From Lama guanicoe (Eukaryota): DNA of 64,000 nucleotides. The stretch covers positions 3,037,374 to 3,101,373 of the forward strand of contig MU054220.1 in NCBI GenBank assembly GCA_013239625.1. Reading direction: 5' to 3'. Below the pieces are notes generated by a model. It saw only the letters and a program-made list of their open reading frames with translations. It searched no databases and was not told the DNA's origin. Within the stretch, counting starts at the first letter, position 1. Every line of letters begins with the position of its first letter. Shown one piece after another: positions 1 through 13,169 of the stretch. Made by a program: the position numbers and the translations under genes.

Positions 1-489
1 TGGACGCCCCAGATCATGGTGACCTTCTCTTAAGATTACTGGAGCCAATGCTTCTCACCCTTCCAAACATGGACATCCAGGCTTTCCAGTTTCTGGCTGG
101 GCAAATGTCCAAGCCTGAGTTTGTTGAGCAATTAATCCTGGACTGGAAAGGAGTGTTCAGTGGGCTCATGGAACGTGCCTTTCTGGACAATTCCAGGCAG
201 AAGCCTTTGATTTTTTGGGTCTGAAGTCCTGCTTTTCTGATCCACCACCCCCACCACCAACATGGGAACCTCACAAATAGCGTTTCTTTCCTAGTTATAG
301 CCTCATTACTCATTAGCATTCAAGTAGGCACATACATATTCTTGCTCAATTTCATGCTTAGTGAATTGGTTGAGGGCCCACTGGCTGCCTGTTGTAAGGA
401 GGACTGTGGATTTCTTAATAATAGCCATTCAGTGCTGCCTCCTCACCTTTAGGGATGAGGCAGTGGCAAAGGGGGGATTATTATTATTG

Positions 490-700
490 TTAATAATAGC
501 AATAACTACCATTTGTGTCAGGCACTTTACAGAAGTTATTTAATGTAATCCTTACACATTTCACAATCCTTACAATAATCCTGTAAATTGGGTATCCTGT
601 CCCATTGTGTACACAAGGAAAGAGGCCCAGAGAAGTAAAAAAGCTAAGTAGGTGGCATAGCCAGGACTCTAAAGTCTTTATCTTCAGAGATCATGTCCTT
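490..700 (-). mobile_element. MIR SINE
   Basis: gtgtcaggcactttaca...taatcct...cccatt...aaggaaagaggcccagagaagt. Confidence 0.65.
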
Positions 701-1449
701 TCTATCGTGTTCTTCTACCGGTGTTGAGGAGTGAATTAGCCTTGTTTGTGTGGAACCCCACCAGCACTGAAGTATGCGGTTTGTATCTCCACTTCCCTGC
801 ACTGGAGCTTCTGCCCTAAGGCCCAGCCAGTACCCTTTCTGTTTTCAGAATGGATACTACCTGGTAAGACAAGAGGGACACCGCGTGGTCTTGCTTGAGC
901 TCGAATATATCCCTGATTGATTTATATATCTTTTTACTTTCCTCCTTCCCATCTTCCTCTCCCAATATCAAAGCATTTTTGGATCTCCAAGTTCTCGCTG
1001 GACCCTTAAGATAATCTGTACTGTAGGAAGGGCTAAGCTTATTATTTTGAGTGTATGGATGAGGAATTTAAGCCTGCATGAGTTGCCCCGCTTTACACAG
1101 CAGCATTTTGGGGGTAGTGCCTCTTTCTGGTTGCCAAGCAAAGTCATTCATTCTCGAAGGGGGTTGACTTGCTTGGGGTTTTTAGTTGGGAGCCAGCTTT
1201 CTTTAGGAAAGGTGGTGTTGTAGTCAGTTGGCTTAGCAGGTCCTGGGGAAAGGGGGTGTAGAGGATGGAGATTTGGGGGGACTTCTAGACCGGTTAACCC
1301 TCTTGCCTTCTTTCTTTTGGCCACTCCCTCTATAAGTTTCTTTTTTTTTTTTTTTTTCCTTAAGGTTGGTGCATTTCTGGTTTCAGTCTGACTTATGCCA
1401 CTGGGTGATGGTCTTTATCTGTATTGCCAGGGTGACAGAGTTAATTTGT

Positions 1450-2420
1450 AAGAGAGACTTGTAGACAGGGGAACAAACCAAGATCTCTTATAGGAATACC
1501 ACTATAAGAGGACATCAGCGTCCAGCTGGGGTTTGTTGTGTAGCTCAGCTTGGACCCGGAGCAGAAGCTGCTGAGGGAGCAGAGACAAATCACTACTTTC
1601 TTTGTAGCTGGAGGTACAGTTGGGAGTGCAGGTGGGGAGGTGGTTCTTGGGGATGGCTCCAGGTTGAGCTGGTTGGAGGAACAGAGTGGATCCAAGAAAA
1701 CAGACTTCCATGAATCTGGAGGAAAAGAAAAGGGAAGGAGGGACCTGGGTCCAAAATGGGCTGAGCTCAAAGGCTGAATGGAGACATTCACAATGTAGGG
1801 GATCTATAATGAAACAAAACATATTGAGTGGCTAGGACGACATTCTGGCATGTGGTAGTGACTCAAAAAAAGCTTATTTTCTTTTTGGTGGGCCAATCTG
1901 AAATTGACTGTATAATTTTCATCCAAGATAGAGTTTGTGTTATCACTGCTCCTGACATTTCAACTAAGGTAGACAGGACCAGATGAAGGCAGCCGGAGTC
2001 TGATGTTAATCAGATTTGGGTTTGCACCCCGAGTGCCGCTGTATGACGCTGGACAGATTCATTTCACTTCTCTGATCCTGCTTCTTCATTTGAAAAATGG
2101 GGATAATACTTAGCTGTGCAAGAAGGTCTTCGATGCTCAGTAATGGAGCTGTAAAAGAGTTAAGCTGCAATCAAGTGGACTAAGTTGTGGTTGAGACTGG
2201 AGGAAGACTGGTTTATGAGAGACCCAACTGACACCAATTGTCTGTGTTGAAGGCTGGATGTCCTGGAGTGGGAAGTCCACGGAGTCTCAGTGTCAGGAAT
2301 CTTTAGAATCAGGTCTTGCATCCAATCTTAAGGGGATGACATCCACAAGGAGGAGGGCTTCATAATGCTAAGTCCCTGGGGATATGATGATCCTCCAAGC
2401 TGGGGGGAGGCTGTTTGGAT
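1450..2420 (+). mobile_element. Highly degraded CR1/L3-like fragments interrupted by a MIR at about 1995-2110
   Basis: Scattered L3-like blocks (agacttgtagacaggggaac, aaatgggctgag, and a 3' block at 2140-2340), plus the MIR core ttcttcatttgaaaaatggggataata. Confidence 0.35.
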
Positions 2421-3489
2421 CCAGAGAGATCGGTCAGGCAGGGCAGGCCTGACCTCTTCTGGCTGACTGGCTGCCAAGACAGCAGAATCTCCCGCAGCAG
2501 CTACCACAACCGAATGTTCTGCCTGCAGGCTTGAGGGCCATCTGCCCTTCAATCCTTAGTCCTCCGGCCCCTCTGCTCTCTCCTAAACTCCTTCCTTATT
2601 CCCGGGACACTGCTGCTTCATTTGGGTCTGGCTACCTGAAGCTAGCCTGCTGGATTATACTTCTTGAATCGCCAGTGATTAGGATTGGAGACTTTGATAC
2701 TGTGTTCTCCCCCAGAAGGTGACCGTGGTGGCCCTCGGGGGAGCAACTCTCTTGTTTGTACTTTCCTGAGACAAAGCTGCTGGGTTTGAGGACTCTGGAC
2801 ATTTTAGGGCTGTTTGATTAGTTTTGAGGGACTTCTCTGTTGGTCCTTTCTTCGGATTCTTTCCCAGATCCTTTCTTCTCGAGAGATGATCCAGGCATCC
2901 TCCCTCTAACGAGGGCCAGGGATCTCTACTTGGGTCATGTCACCTTTGTCTCCTCTGTCTCCAGGAGGATTGCAATAGCTTCCTCAGTGGTCCTCCTTCC
3001 CCTAGTCTCCATCTGTTGCAATCTATTCTCCCCACTGGGGCCAGAATTTGTTTATTCAAGCAGTCACCCCCTGATCGTCAAATATCTACTGAGTGCAGAC
3101 TGAGTCTGCCGCCTCTGCTGTCCTGGAGTTCACGGTCTAATTAACGAGCCTCCATCATTTCTGACTCTACTTTTCTTCTTGCTCACAGGCGAAATATCCC
3201 CAACCATTGCTCCCTCAGACAGAACCCTGGTGGGGAACCTCAAGCCTCCAGGGATGAGAGGGTAACAGGAGAAACCAGTGTTCTGCTGGCTGCCACTTCA
3301 GGCCTGGGGCTCTTGGTGCTCCCCTCCCCCGCAAGACCATCTCAAGCTCTGAGACTCAGTCTTCATCTTTCCTGATCCCAAGACATTCGCTACTGGGCTC
3401 ACCTCCTGGGGCTAGCCCGGAATCTCCCCTGGCTCAAGGCCTTACTTAACCTTCTTTCTTGGTAACCCTCACTCCCCCCACCATAGTTC

Positions 3490-3850
3490 AGCCTTCTTAC
3501 CTCTCCTTCCCCCTTTCACACTGTTTGCTCTTTGGCCATTCCTCCTGTATCTTAGAACTGCTTCTGGAATGCGTTTTCCATGCCTGCTTACCTTGAACAC
3601 TGCTGCCCATTTGCCCAGGCCCCAGCTCAAATGCTACCTCCTCTGGAAGCCTTCCTTGACTCCCAGTCCGAAGGCTCTCCTTCTCTAGGGCCGCCACTGT
3701 AGTTTCTGTTTACTCCCATCACTGCAGCTGCCTGAGCTGCGTGCTTCCCACTAGATTATAAGCTTCCTAAGAACAGGAACTGTGGCCATGAGTCTCATCT
3801 TTCTACCGCCTGATTCAGGCCTGGCCTCTAGGTGTTACCACACACTTGTG
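3490..3850 (+). mobile_element. L2 fragment
   Basis: cagctcaaatgctacctcctctggaagccttccttgac...cccactagattataagcttcctaagaacaggaac. Confidence 0.7.
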
Positions 3851-4569
3851 TAATGCAGGAGGTTTTGGCTGAGCTCTTCCTCTCCTCTGCGCCTGGGAAA
3901 CTGGAAGGGGCAGGAGATGTGGGAGGTGGGGTGGGGGAGCAGAGCAGAGCGTAAAATGAAAATAAATAGCTAATTCTTCCTAATAATGCCTGATTTCCAA
4001 TTCTGTACTAATTATAATTACTTACTGGCAGATAGGGTATTAATCACTGTGTGTGGCACTTCTGCAGAGTTGCAACACTGTGCCTGGCAGCCTGGCAGGC
4101 TGGCAGCTGGTATGTTCAGAAAACCCCAGTGAAAACCAAGGGTCAATCAGAATTCTGGGGCAGCCCCCTCGCCTATAATGGGCCCCCTGAGAGTACCGAG
4201 GTTTGTGAGAAACAGGCTTCTATCCCCAGAGAGCTTGAGGCCTCTCTGGGGAGCTGACTTGCACGTATTCTAGATAATAAGGGCAAGTCGGGTTATGAAG
4301 CCTTTGACTGGGACTCAAGGGGACAGGTTCTTGTTCTGACTTCACGACTAACTGGTGGCGTGACTTGAGAAAGCTCTTCTTTGGGCTTCGATTCCTCCTC
4401 ACACAAGGGTAGGGGATTGAGCTAGATTCCAAAAACGTGAGGAATGAAGGCCTCTGCCTGGTGTTTTTTCCTCCCCCATTTGTGCCTATTAAAATACTAC
4501 TACCCCTTCTTGAAGGCCAACCTATCTCAATGCCTTGGTCTCTGAGCCTTTCATAGTTCTCCCCTGTGG

Positions 4570-4985
4570 ATAGGGGTGCTCCTTCTTATGAGCTAACCCC
4601 ACTAACCGTTGGTGTCTACGTCCCTTGCTGGGACGTGCTACTGCCCCAGGCCTTTGTACCACCATCCCCTCTCTGGGATGCTTTTCTCCCAGAGAACCAC
4701 ACAACTGGCCACTTCACCTCTTCACATGTCTGTAAATGTCCACCTTTGCAGGGATGCCTTCCCTGACCATTCTGCGTAAAACGGTCACTCTTTCTCTCCA
4801 CCCCATGCTTTATTTTTTTAATAGCACTTATCCTTGCTGGGCATTTGTATATGCACTCGCTTACTGCCTCTCCTCTGCAGCTACCTCGTTTTGTTTACCA
4901 TCATATTCCCATGGCAGGACACCGAGGGGGCCCTCGATGAACAATTGTTGAATGAATGAATGAATGAATGGGTGAATGAATGAAC
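4570..4985 (+). mobile_element. L2 3' end with (TGAA)n tail
   Basis: ccccaggcctttgtac...ccttccctgacca...aattgttgaatgaatgaatgaatg. Confidence 0.8.
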
Positions 4986-5129
4986 TGTCCTCATAGCCCT
5001 CTGCCTCTCAGAAAACTTTTGTTTGAATTAGAGGGAAGCAAGTGGCGAAAGAGCTCTGCAGCCTAAGAAAATCTTGTATTTTATGCAACTTAGAGAAGAG
5101 CTCTCTCATGCCAGGCAGTGGTCTGGGCT

Positions 5130-5290
5130 TTTGCTTACAGTCTGTTTCACTTCGCTCACACAAAACACCTGGAGGGATCAGCACCCACCATTTACAGATG
5201 GCAAGAAGGAGGCTCAGAGAATTGAAGTAATTTGCTCAAGATCACACAGCTAGGAAGCAATGGGGTCAGGTCTGGCTCTAAAGGTCTTTC
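5130..5290 (-). mobile_element. MIR SINE
   Basis: ccatttacagatggcaagaaggaggctcagagaattgaagtaatttgctcaagatcacacagctag. Confidence 0.75.
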
Positions 5291-7299
5291 CATTTCCCAT
5301 GCTGCTGCTTTCCTGAAGGCGGGGAGGGAGGAAGTGGCCCTCTGAGCCCCCGAAGGGACACTGCCACCAGATGTGACACCACGACTGGTCGTCCTGCTCC
5401 GGGAACTACTAGCTCCTATTTTCCATCTTGCTTGTGTTACTTCTCTTTATCCTCCTCTTTCTAATTTTCCATGTTGCCAAGCCTGGAGTGCCTTGAAAGT
5501 CCAGTTTCTCTCCGGTAGACATTTCAAATTCTAGCCAGTTCTTTGGAGTCCCATGGGCCTGTCCTTCTTGGTCATTAATCTTAAACTCCTGGGTTGCCAG
5601 TGAGAGAGCAGGGCCTGGGTTTAACTGCGGTGACAGCTTGTCTCAGCCATGCCAGTGCAGCCACGTGCAGTCTGGTGAGACCAGGAAACAGCAAAATGTC
5701 TCCTCAGTAAGTTTTTTGTTCCAGTTGAACTAAGGTCCCATCAGTGGCATTGCTCCTCTGGGGCCAACTGAGGACAAAGCAGAGGAAAGGAGGGACGTCC
5801 TCAGGGGTTGAAGAATGGAAGATGCCATGGGGGGAAGACAAGGAGCCCTTCTCCTTCGAGGACGTCTCTCCTTCTCTGGGACTCCTGCTTCTGGACTAGG
5901 ACTCAAGGTGGTCTCCTGAGCAGAAGGATGAGGGGAGTGGGCAGGAGCCCCTTTGCCCTGAAGATAGGTGCAGTTGTAACATTTGCGATAGTTTGAGTCC
6001 GAGGATTTTCTAGGATGCTCAAACCTTTGTAGTCCCAGTATCCTCCGGAGCCAGCCAAGATTGTCATAGGCAGGAGTCTGCAATAAGCTCTCTTATTCCT
6101 TTGGGAGGGGTGATGGCTTTCAAAGGGGAGTTATAGGAGAGAAGAGTGACCTTAGGTTGGCCTCAGTGACTCAGGAAAGAGGTCCTGGGTGGGGGTGTCT
6201 TATGGATCAAGCTGGCCACTTCAGTCTCGTCCTGGGCTCTGGGGCATCTTGAAACCCTCAGTGTCAATCCTTGTGACATACCTGTGCAGAGAGCAGGCTG
6301 GATCCTGTGGGAGCCAGAGGAGGCCCGTGGTTACCGTCCTTGCCTCAGGTCTTGGAGGAGCAGGACTGGGGGGAGGGACAGGCATGGGGGCCTGGAATGG
6401 AGGCCTCTTCCAGCTCTAACATGTTCTGGTTTTACAGAAAGAGGCTGGAGAGAAAGGCGAAGTCTGCATGATCTGACTCTTTAGTTCCTCCTTTCTAAAG
6501 ACAAGCACCGGATGGACACAGGGTGATAAGGAGTCAGGCCCCAGGGACTCTAGAAATTAAAGGGGACAATGGTGGAGGCCAGAATGTGCAGCAGGTGGTG
6601 CTGAGAGATAGCCGACTCACTAGACCTTGGTGGCCTGCTGGGAGCTGGAGAAAGAAAGTAGGGTAGCATCTCAGAGTAGCCCTAGAGGAGCTGGGCCCAG
6701 GGTGGGGAAAAAAAAAAAAAAAAGAAACCAGACCCTGGAGAAAATAGAGGGATAAAGGGACCTGCAGGTGGAGACTTGAGAGAAGGAAGAGAGGGAGGGG
6801 TGAGGTTGGGAGCTTTCTGGACCAGAGGCTGGTTATTTCCAGGTAGCGGGGGCCTGAGCTGCCCAGCCTGGAGGTGGTGGGGGGACAAGGGATGAGACAG
6901 GGCTGTGGAATGGGTGCATGTGCGCATGTGCGAAGAATCAGGGCTTCTCTTTGGGGACCTGCTCCTCTCAGCTGGAAACTGGCTCCAGGTGACAGATGGC
7001 ATTCCCGTCCTACATGTGACAAAGAAGAGATGCTGGGGCACAAAGGCTGTGGCCCACAAAGTGGAGGCTCAAATTTCCCTTCCCCTCTGCTCTAGACTTG
7101 GGAATAAGCCTTGGGCTGCCCTCTCCCACCTGGCTGTGATTCCGTGTGTCCCCTGCTTCCGATAGGATGTGGCAGTCTAGTCCCCTAGCTCAGTGGGGGG
7201 GTCGTGAAGATGCCCTCGCTCTTCCTCATCAAGGGCCTCACTCAGCTTCCCTCTTCTCTTCCCATTCTTTCTTTCTACCTACTTCTCTTGTTTGCTTCC

Positions 7300-7720
7300 T
7301 TTTTATATGATTCCCATATATCGAAAGGAATATGTACTCATTATAGGAAACTTAGAAAAGTGCACACAGGAACATACAGAAGAGAATAAAGTTAGAACTT
7401 CGCTGCTTGGAGATAACACAGCATTTTGGCCTGGCTTCTTTTTCCTGATTTGATGCTTTACACAGTTAAGCCTGAACACAGTGTGTATATAGTAGAATGT
7501 CAAGCTTTTTCTCTTTATAGTTTCTGCATTTCCCTATGTCATTAGAGAGTCTTAAAATAGATTATCAATAATAATCTACCTTAAGGAGTTGCCACTATTA
7601 TTTGACCATTCAACTTTTATCAGACAGTTATTACATTTTTACAGTTTTTCATCAATGTAAATTACACTATCATGAGGCTCTTAGTACATAACTCTTTGTG
7701 TTTTGGATAATTATTCTCTC
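7300..7720 (-). mobile_element. L1ME-like 3' fragment
   Basis: AT-rich block with aatatgtactcattataggaaacttagaaaa...tatttgaccattc...tttacagtttttc. Confidence 0.55.
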
Positions 7721-9611
7721 CATTTGTTTCTGTCTGGGAAGTGTCTTCCGCTTAAACGAGGGTGGCCTGTAATCTGAAGAACCACCTGCAAGACTGTCTC
7801 TGGACAAAACTATAAAAAGTCTTCACCTGCCCTTTTTCATCTGAGGTATCCAGTGCTTTCTTGCAGACTGCCCCCCCTTTAGCAAGGAGCCCAAAAGACA
7901 CTTTTGAGAGGGGGGTCTTTAAAAAGCACTAACTATTCCCCTTCTTAAAAAAAAAAAGAAACAACAACAAAAACCCCTCAAAAAAGCCGAAAACCAAACG
8001 AATCTTAACCCATCAAAACCAAAAGCCACTGTAGCAAAGAGACCACTTGTCTGACTTTTGGGCAAGATGGCTTCTTTTGGCCCTATTCTGTTGACTGTGG
8101 ACTGGTCGGCATGCTCCATCACCCACCTGCTCTGGGCCCTGGCCAGGCACAAAAGTCTCCTGTCTGGTGAAAAGATGGAGCACAGGGAGGCAAAGGGCAC
8201 ATTCTTTACTCCATCCCATGTGTAATGGGATGCTGTTTCCCAGTCTTCCCAGGGAGCAAAACCCTGCACTTGCCTCTAGCAGACTCTGGTTACAAGTCAA
8301 CAAGGAGGGGCCTACTGTCTACTGGGGAGGGAGACGTACATTTTTAGCAAGAGGCTTGGGGTCCAGATCAAAAGGGCAGGATGGTACCCTGCCATTACCG
8401 GGACTGCAAAAGGGTCCTTGAGAAAGGGAATCCTTGGTGTAAAGAAACACCCCAGCCCAGGTTCACCAGGAAATTAAGCCTTTGCCATTTGCTATTTCTA
8501 TGCTGTTTGACTAGAGCCTGTCGGTCTGCTTGTTCTTTTGTTCCTCCTCATTCATTTATCAAACATGTACTGAGTGACTACTATGTGTCCAGGCCCTGGG
8601 CTGAATTATGAGTAGGTTTAGGAAAAGTGTGTGACATGGTTTCTCTTAAAGAAGCAGATAGTCTGATGGGCCACTGGCAGGCCCCCAGATTCCTAGAATA
8701 GACCTGGAAGATATAATCATGGAGTTTAAAGGAGCAGGTGGTTCTCTCCAGCCTGGGCAGGGGCAGTATGAAGTGGAATCCTTACCATAAGACAGCAGCG
8801 GGATTCCAGTAGGCCTTGAAGGAAGAGCAGGGGTTTGAATTGAAGAGACATGAGAACAGGCATTCCAAGCAGTGCGGGAAAAGCTAAGAAGAGGTGGGAT
8901 GTGCGGGGTGCTGGGGGAGGGAAGGGTGCCTGGTTTTCTGCAGATTGTGTCCCATGCTCATGGGAGTGCTCCATGAACCCTCCCAGTGCTCAAATAGCAT
9001 GACACTCTGGTGCTAGGCTCTGTACCAGGAACTTTCTGGGCATCACCCCGAGTCTCCTTGACAATCCAATGAAGTCCTGCTTCACACGTGGGGAAGCCAG
9101 GCTTGAGTGTGTGTGACAGAGAATCACAGGTGAACTCAGGTGGCTTTTGCCACATTCTTGTCTTTTGACTGTATTATCTCCTGACCCAAGAGGCTAAGAG
9201 AATTAGAGTCACAACAGGTGACTGAATGGGGCACAAACTCAGGTCTTTTGTCTTGAGGTCCAGTGCTCTCCATCCCCAATGCAGGTGGGATGGGGAAGGG
9301 GGTGGTAGTGATAGGTGAGAACAGGGTGCCAGGAAGACAGCAACAGTAAAGAAAGGTTAAGAACACCAAAGGGCTTTTTTTTTTTTCCTGACAGTATTGC
9401 AAAGGGCTAAGGCCCTATGATATCCATTTTTGAAATATGTACAAGTCAACATTTGGTCTTATCAAAGGAAAGCCATATGATTCTAGACATCAGGGATATG
9501 ACTGATACTCATGATGCCTTCCGTGAAAGTGGTGTCGCATGCCGGCACTACCCTGTGATGGCAGGATGCGGTGCATCTTCTCTGAGGATGTGAGAAGGTG
9601 ACAGGGCTAGA

Positions 9612-9850
9612 CAGTGATGGCTGAGAATGTGGATTCATGGACTTGCCCTGGGTTCAGATCCTGGCTCTGCCACCACCAGCTCCGTGACTTTGTGCTAATT
9701 CTTTCTCCACCCGGCACCTGTTTCCTTATCTGTAAAATGGGGATAATAATAGTGCCTACTATTGCATGTGTAACAGAGGTTAAACCAGTTAATGCATGTA
9801 AAGTGCTCAGAATTTTGCGTGCCTCAGAGTAAAGGCTATGTGAGCGTTTG
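9612..9850 (+). mobile_element. MIR SINE, near full length
   Basis: ctgggttcagatcctggctctgccac...tttccttatctgtaaaatggggataataatagtgcctac...atgcatgtaaagtgctcagaa. Confidence 0.9.
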
Positions 9851-10789
9851 CCCACTCTGATTTCTCCACTCTGGTTGAGTACTTGCTTCTTTGGGCAAAT
9901 ACCCTTGGGGTATTCCAGCCCCATGACTTCTCAGGGTAGCATCTGCTAAAATGTGAAGCTGAGACTTGATATCCACTATCAAGGTGACTCCTCTGGGCTT
10001 TGGGGACCTTGCCCCTCACCCTGCAGCCTTCTGTCCTGGACTAAACACATCTTAGAGTATTAAAATACTCTAATCCTGGAGTCTTAGATCCAAAGGGTTC
10101 CCTGAGATCGTTTGGTCCAAATCCTTTTTTCTCCAGAGTGTAAGATAAGGTACATGATTTCCCCAAAGGCACCCCGTCAGCCTTGGAGATTGTTAGCCCA
10201 GGCTTTTGTGTTCTCAGTCCTGTGATGGTGCCCCCATGGCCACAGACGCTTGGTATCAGAGGTGTCACGGGGTCCTGCAGCTCTGAGGCCTTGGGATGGA
10301 GGGGAGGCCACCTGGGTAGCCAGCAGAGGTTTAATTAGGTATGATATTAAGGGTGCGACTGGAAATGCTACTCACGTTGGTTTTTATAAAACACATTAGC
10401 ATGCTGGTGGGCAGGGCGAGGAGGAGCAAGAGAGGTACTTCTTTGTCTGAAGGAGGAAAAGGTTTGGGAGGTAGGGATTTGGGGAGGAAGGGAGAGGTGG
10501 ACTGAGGGCAAGAGCAACCTCTGACTGCACTGGGCTGATGGCAAGGAGGAGGGAGGCCAAAAGGGGAGAATTGCTGGGTGGCTGGGGTGGGGGCAGGATG
10601 GGACACAGCGATGGCTCCTCTGTTGTCATGGCTTGGTTAGCAGAAGACGAAGATGAGCGCCAGGGAATCTTGACAGTCAGCAGGGACTGCAGGTACCAAA
10701 TAGCAGTCTCCACACCCTTCACCCTATCTCCGCCCCAAGCTGCTTAGGGGAGCATCAGCAACACTCTTCTTGCAAAAGGGCCCTGCTCC

Positions 10790-10940
10790 AGTCTGCAGAG
10801 GGGTGCCCTCTGGACTTAGCACTCTCCAGAGGTTCTGATTCCATAGATCTGGGATGGAGCCTGGGAACCCATGTCTTTAACAACAAGCTTGCTGGGTATT
10901 TCTGCTGCCAGTGGTCCATGGACCACATTTGAGAAGCCTG
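10790..10940. mobile_element. MER5A-like hAT-Charlie DNA transposon
   Basis: cagaggttctgattccatagatctgggatggagcctgggaa...tttaacaacaagc...ggtccatggaccacatttgagaa. Confidence 0.8.
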
Positions 10941-13169
10941 AGTGTAATCTGTAGAGTCAGACTGTTTTGGGGAGGGCAGCAGGCAGCTTCCTGGAAGGAA
11001 CGACGGGTACTTATTCAACATCCCATTGACTATCTAACATTTGTTGACACTGACTTACTGTGTTTCGTGCCCTGTGCTGAGCACTCTCGGAGCTCCAAGA
11101 GGTCCTCTGTCCCCAGGGCGTTTGGAGATAAGCTGGGAGATGGACTAGTACCAAATAACTTGAATGAGACTCCAAACGGGACAAGTCCTATAAGAGACAG
11201 ATGGATGGCAATCGTGGGCTTAGAGCAGAGAGTGGCACAAAAAGCAGGCTGGAGAGAGTGGTGGCTCCGGGTCTGGGAAGGCCACGGCTGCCATGCTGAG
11301 GACTTGAGACTGTGTTCTACAGGAGGACCAGAGAGGTCTAGCTAAGCCCCATGGAGGTCCAGAGACTTGCCCAAGATCACATAGCTAGTTAGCAGCAGGA
11401 CCAGACTTCATGCCACTCAAGGAATTTCAGTAGGGATGTGCTGTGATTAAAAGTGCTTTTGGGATCTTCCTCTTGTACATAAGCTGGATCAAATGTGAGG
11501 AGTTTTTGTTTTTTATTGTTGTGGAGGATGGGCCTTGCTAGAGGGGCCAAAGACCACTCTAGGAAATGATCCTAAAAGGCTGTATAATAGTGTGCAGGGG
11601 TGCAGCCGGAATGGAGGAAGCAGGGGTGGGGGAAGCCACAGGTGTTAGACTTCTTTGAACCTCCCATAGCACCTGGGATATTGCACAAGTGTCACCGGGC
11701 TTTTACTGAATGACATTATTAATAGAACCTGAAAAGAGATCTTGGCCTCCCGTGTTTATCGGTGGTGAAGAGAACAGACAGTTTGGGACAGGCGAGGCCC
11801 CCGGGGCTGCCTGTGCCTCTTAGGCAGAAAGAGGCTTTCAGATTCGCCTTGGACACCCACGCCTCTACCCCTCACCCTAATTCATCCTCAGTGGCACACT
11901 ATGAGCTCTAGAAGTCAGCCCCGGGGAATCACAGTCTGTGAGTGGAATCTCTGTGCAGGAGGGAGGCTCAGAGCCAGCAGTAAACGTCCTGGGCTGATGC
12001 CTTCCTCCTGTGCCCAGTCCTAGATGGTGGTGCGGGGGCGTGGGGCGGGGACAGTGAAGCTCTTCTCTCTGTCCTGAGCCTCTTGCTCACCTTCCAGAAG
12101 AGCCTCGGTTAGGACCTTATCAGGACAGCAAGGGATAAAGAAAACAAACACCCTGCTCTTACCATCCCTGGAGGCAGGCGAACTTCGTAGGGACTGCTGT
12201 GGCCATGCAGGCAGAAGCCCGGGCATGGGGTAGACCCCACCGCAGCCAGCGAAATCAGCTCTTCCTCCAATCCTGGGTTGAGTGCAGAGAAAGCACCCTC
12301 ATAGTCAGAAGACTTGGGTTGGAAGTCTGGTCTCGGCTGCTAACTAGCCACGTGAACTTGGAAAGTCACGTGCTTAGTTTCTTGAACTGAGAACATTTGA
12401 ACAAAATTTAGTAAGAAGGAGGAAGCTGGGGCTCGTTTTATTCTTCCTGATGAGGATGGGCCCCACATGTAAGCTTGGAGATCTACTTTGGCTTTGAGGG
12501 GCTCTGGGTAATGGCTTGGGTAGAGATGGAAAAGTGGAATGAAATTTCTCCCAGAAACCTCACCTTCTAATCAGAGGCCTACAGACAAGAAAGAAAAGGA
12601 GGAAAAGAGCTTGCAGATTTTACTTTTGACATGCCAGCCTTGAGTGAGGGCCCTCTGTGTCCTGGACTGGCTTTTGCTTGGAGCCTTGGTGGGGAGGCAG
12701 GCTGAAGAAATAACAGGAATGTTGAAGGTCAGAGGGTGGGGTGGGGCTGGGGACAGGAGTGGAACACCTGAACTGAAACACCCTTGTCACCTCTACAGTC
12801 CTCCACTTTACCAGATGAGCTAGCGACAGGTACCTGAAACCCCATCATGAACATAGAAAATGATTTTTTCTTACCTGGGACCTGGGTTGGCTCAATAACT
12901 AACCTTCTGGTCACTTTCTGGATTTCCTCTTCAGGTCTCTGGTGGGCACCACTTCCAGATTAATCTCAAAGCACTGCTTTTATGATGAACCTCCCTTACT
13001 CTCCCCACATAAACCGAAACACTTTCAATTCCTTGCAAAAACAAAAGTGACCTGGTCTGGTTTGTAATGCCTGACCTTGAATTTCTAAATCACTGCCTCT
13101 CTCATTGATTTGGCACCTTTCTCCTCTGTAATCTATAATTATCTTTTCAAATTTTCCAATTAAGTTGGA

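Noticed and set aside
1484-1509. 9-bp perfect inverted repeat ctcttatag/ctataagag
   Set aside because: Isolated short hairpin, expected by chance in 64 kb and lying in a degraded repeat.
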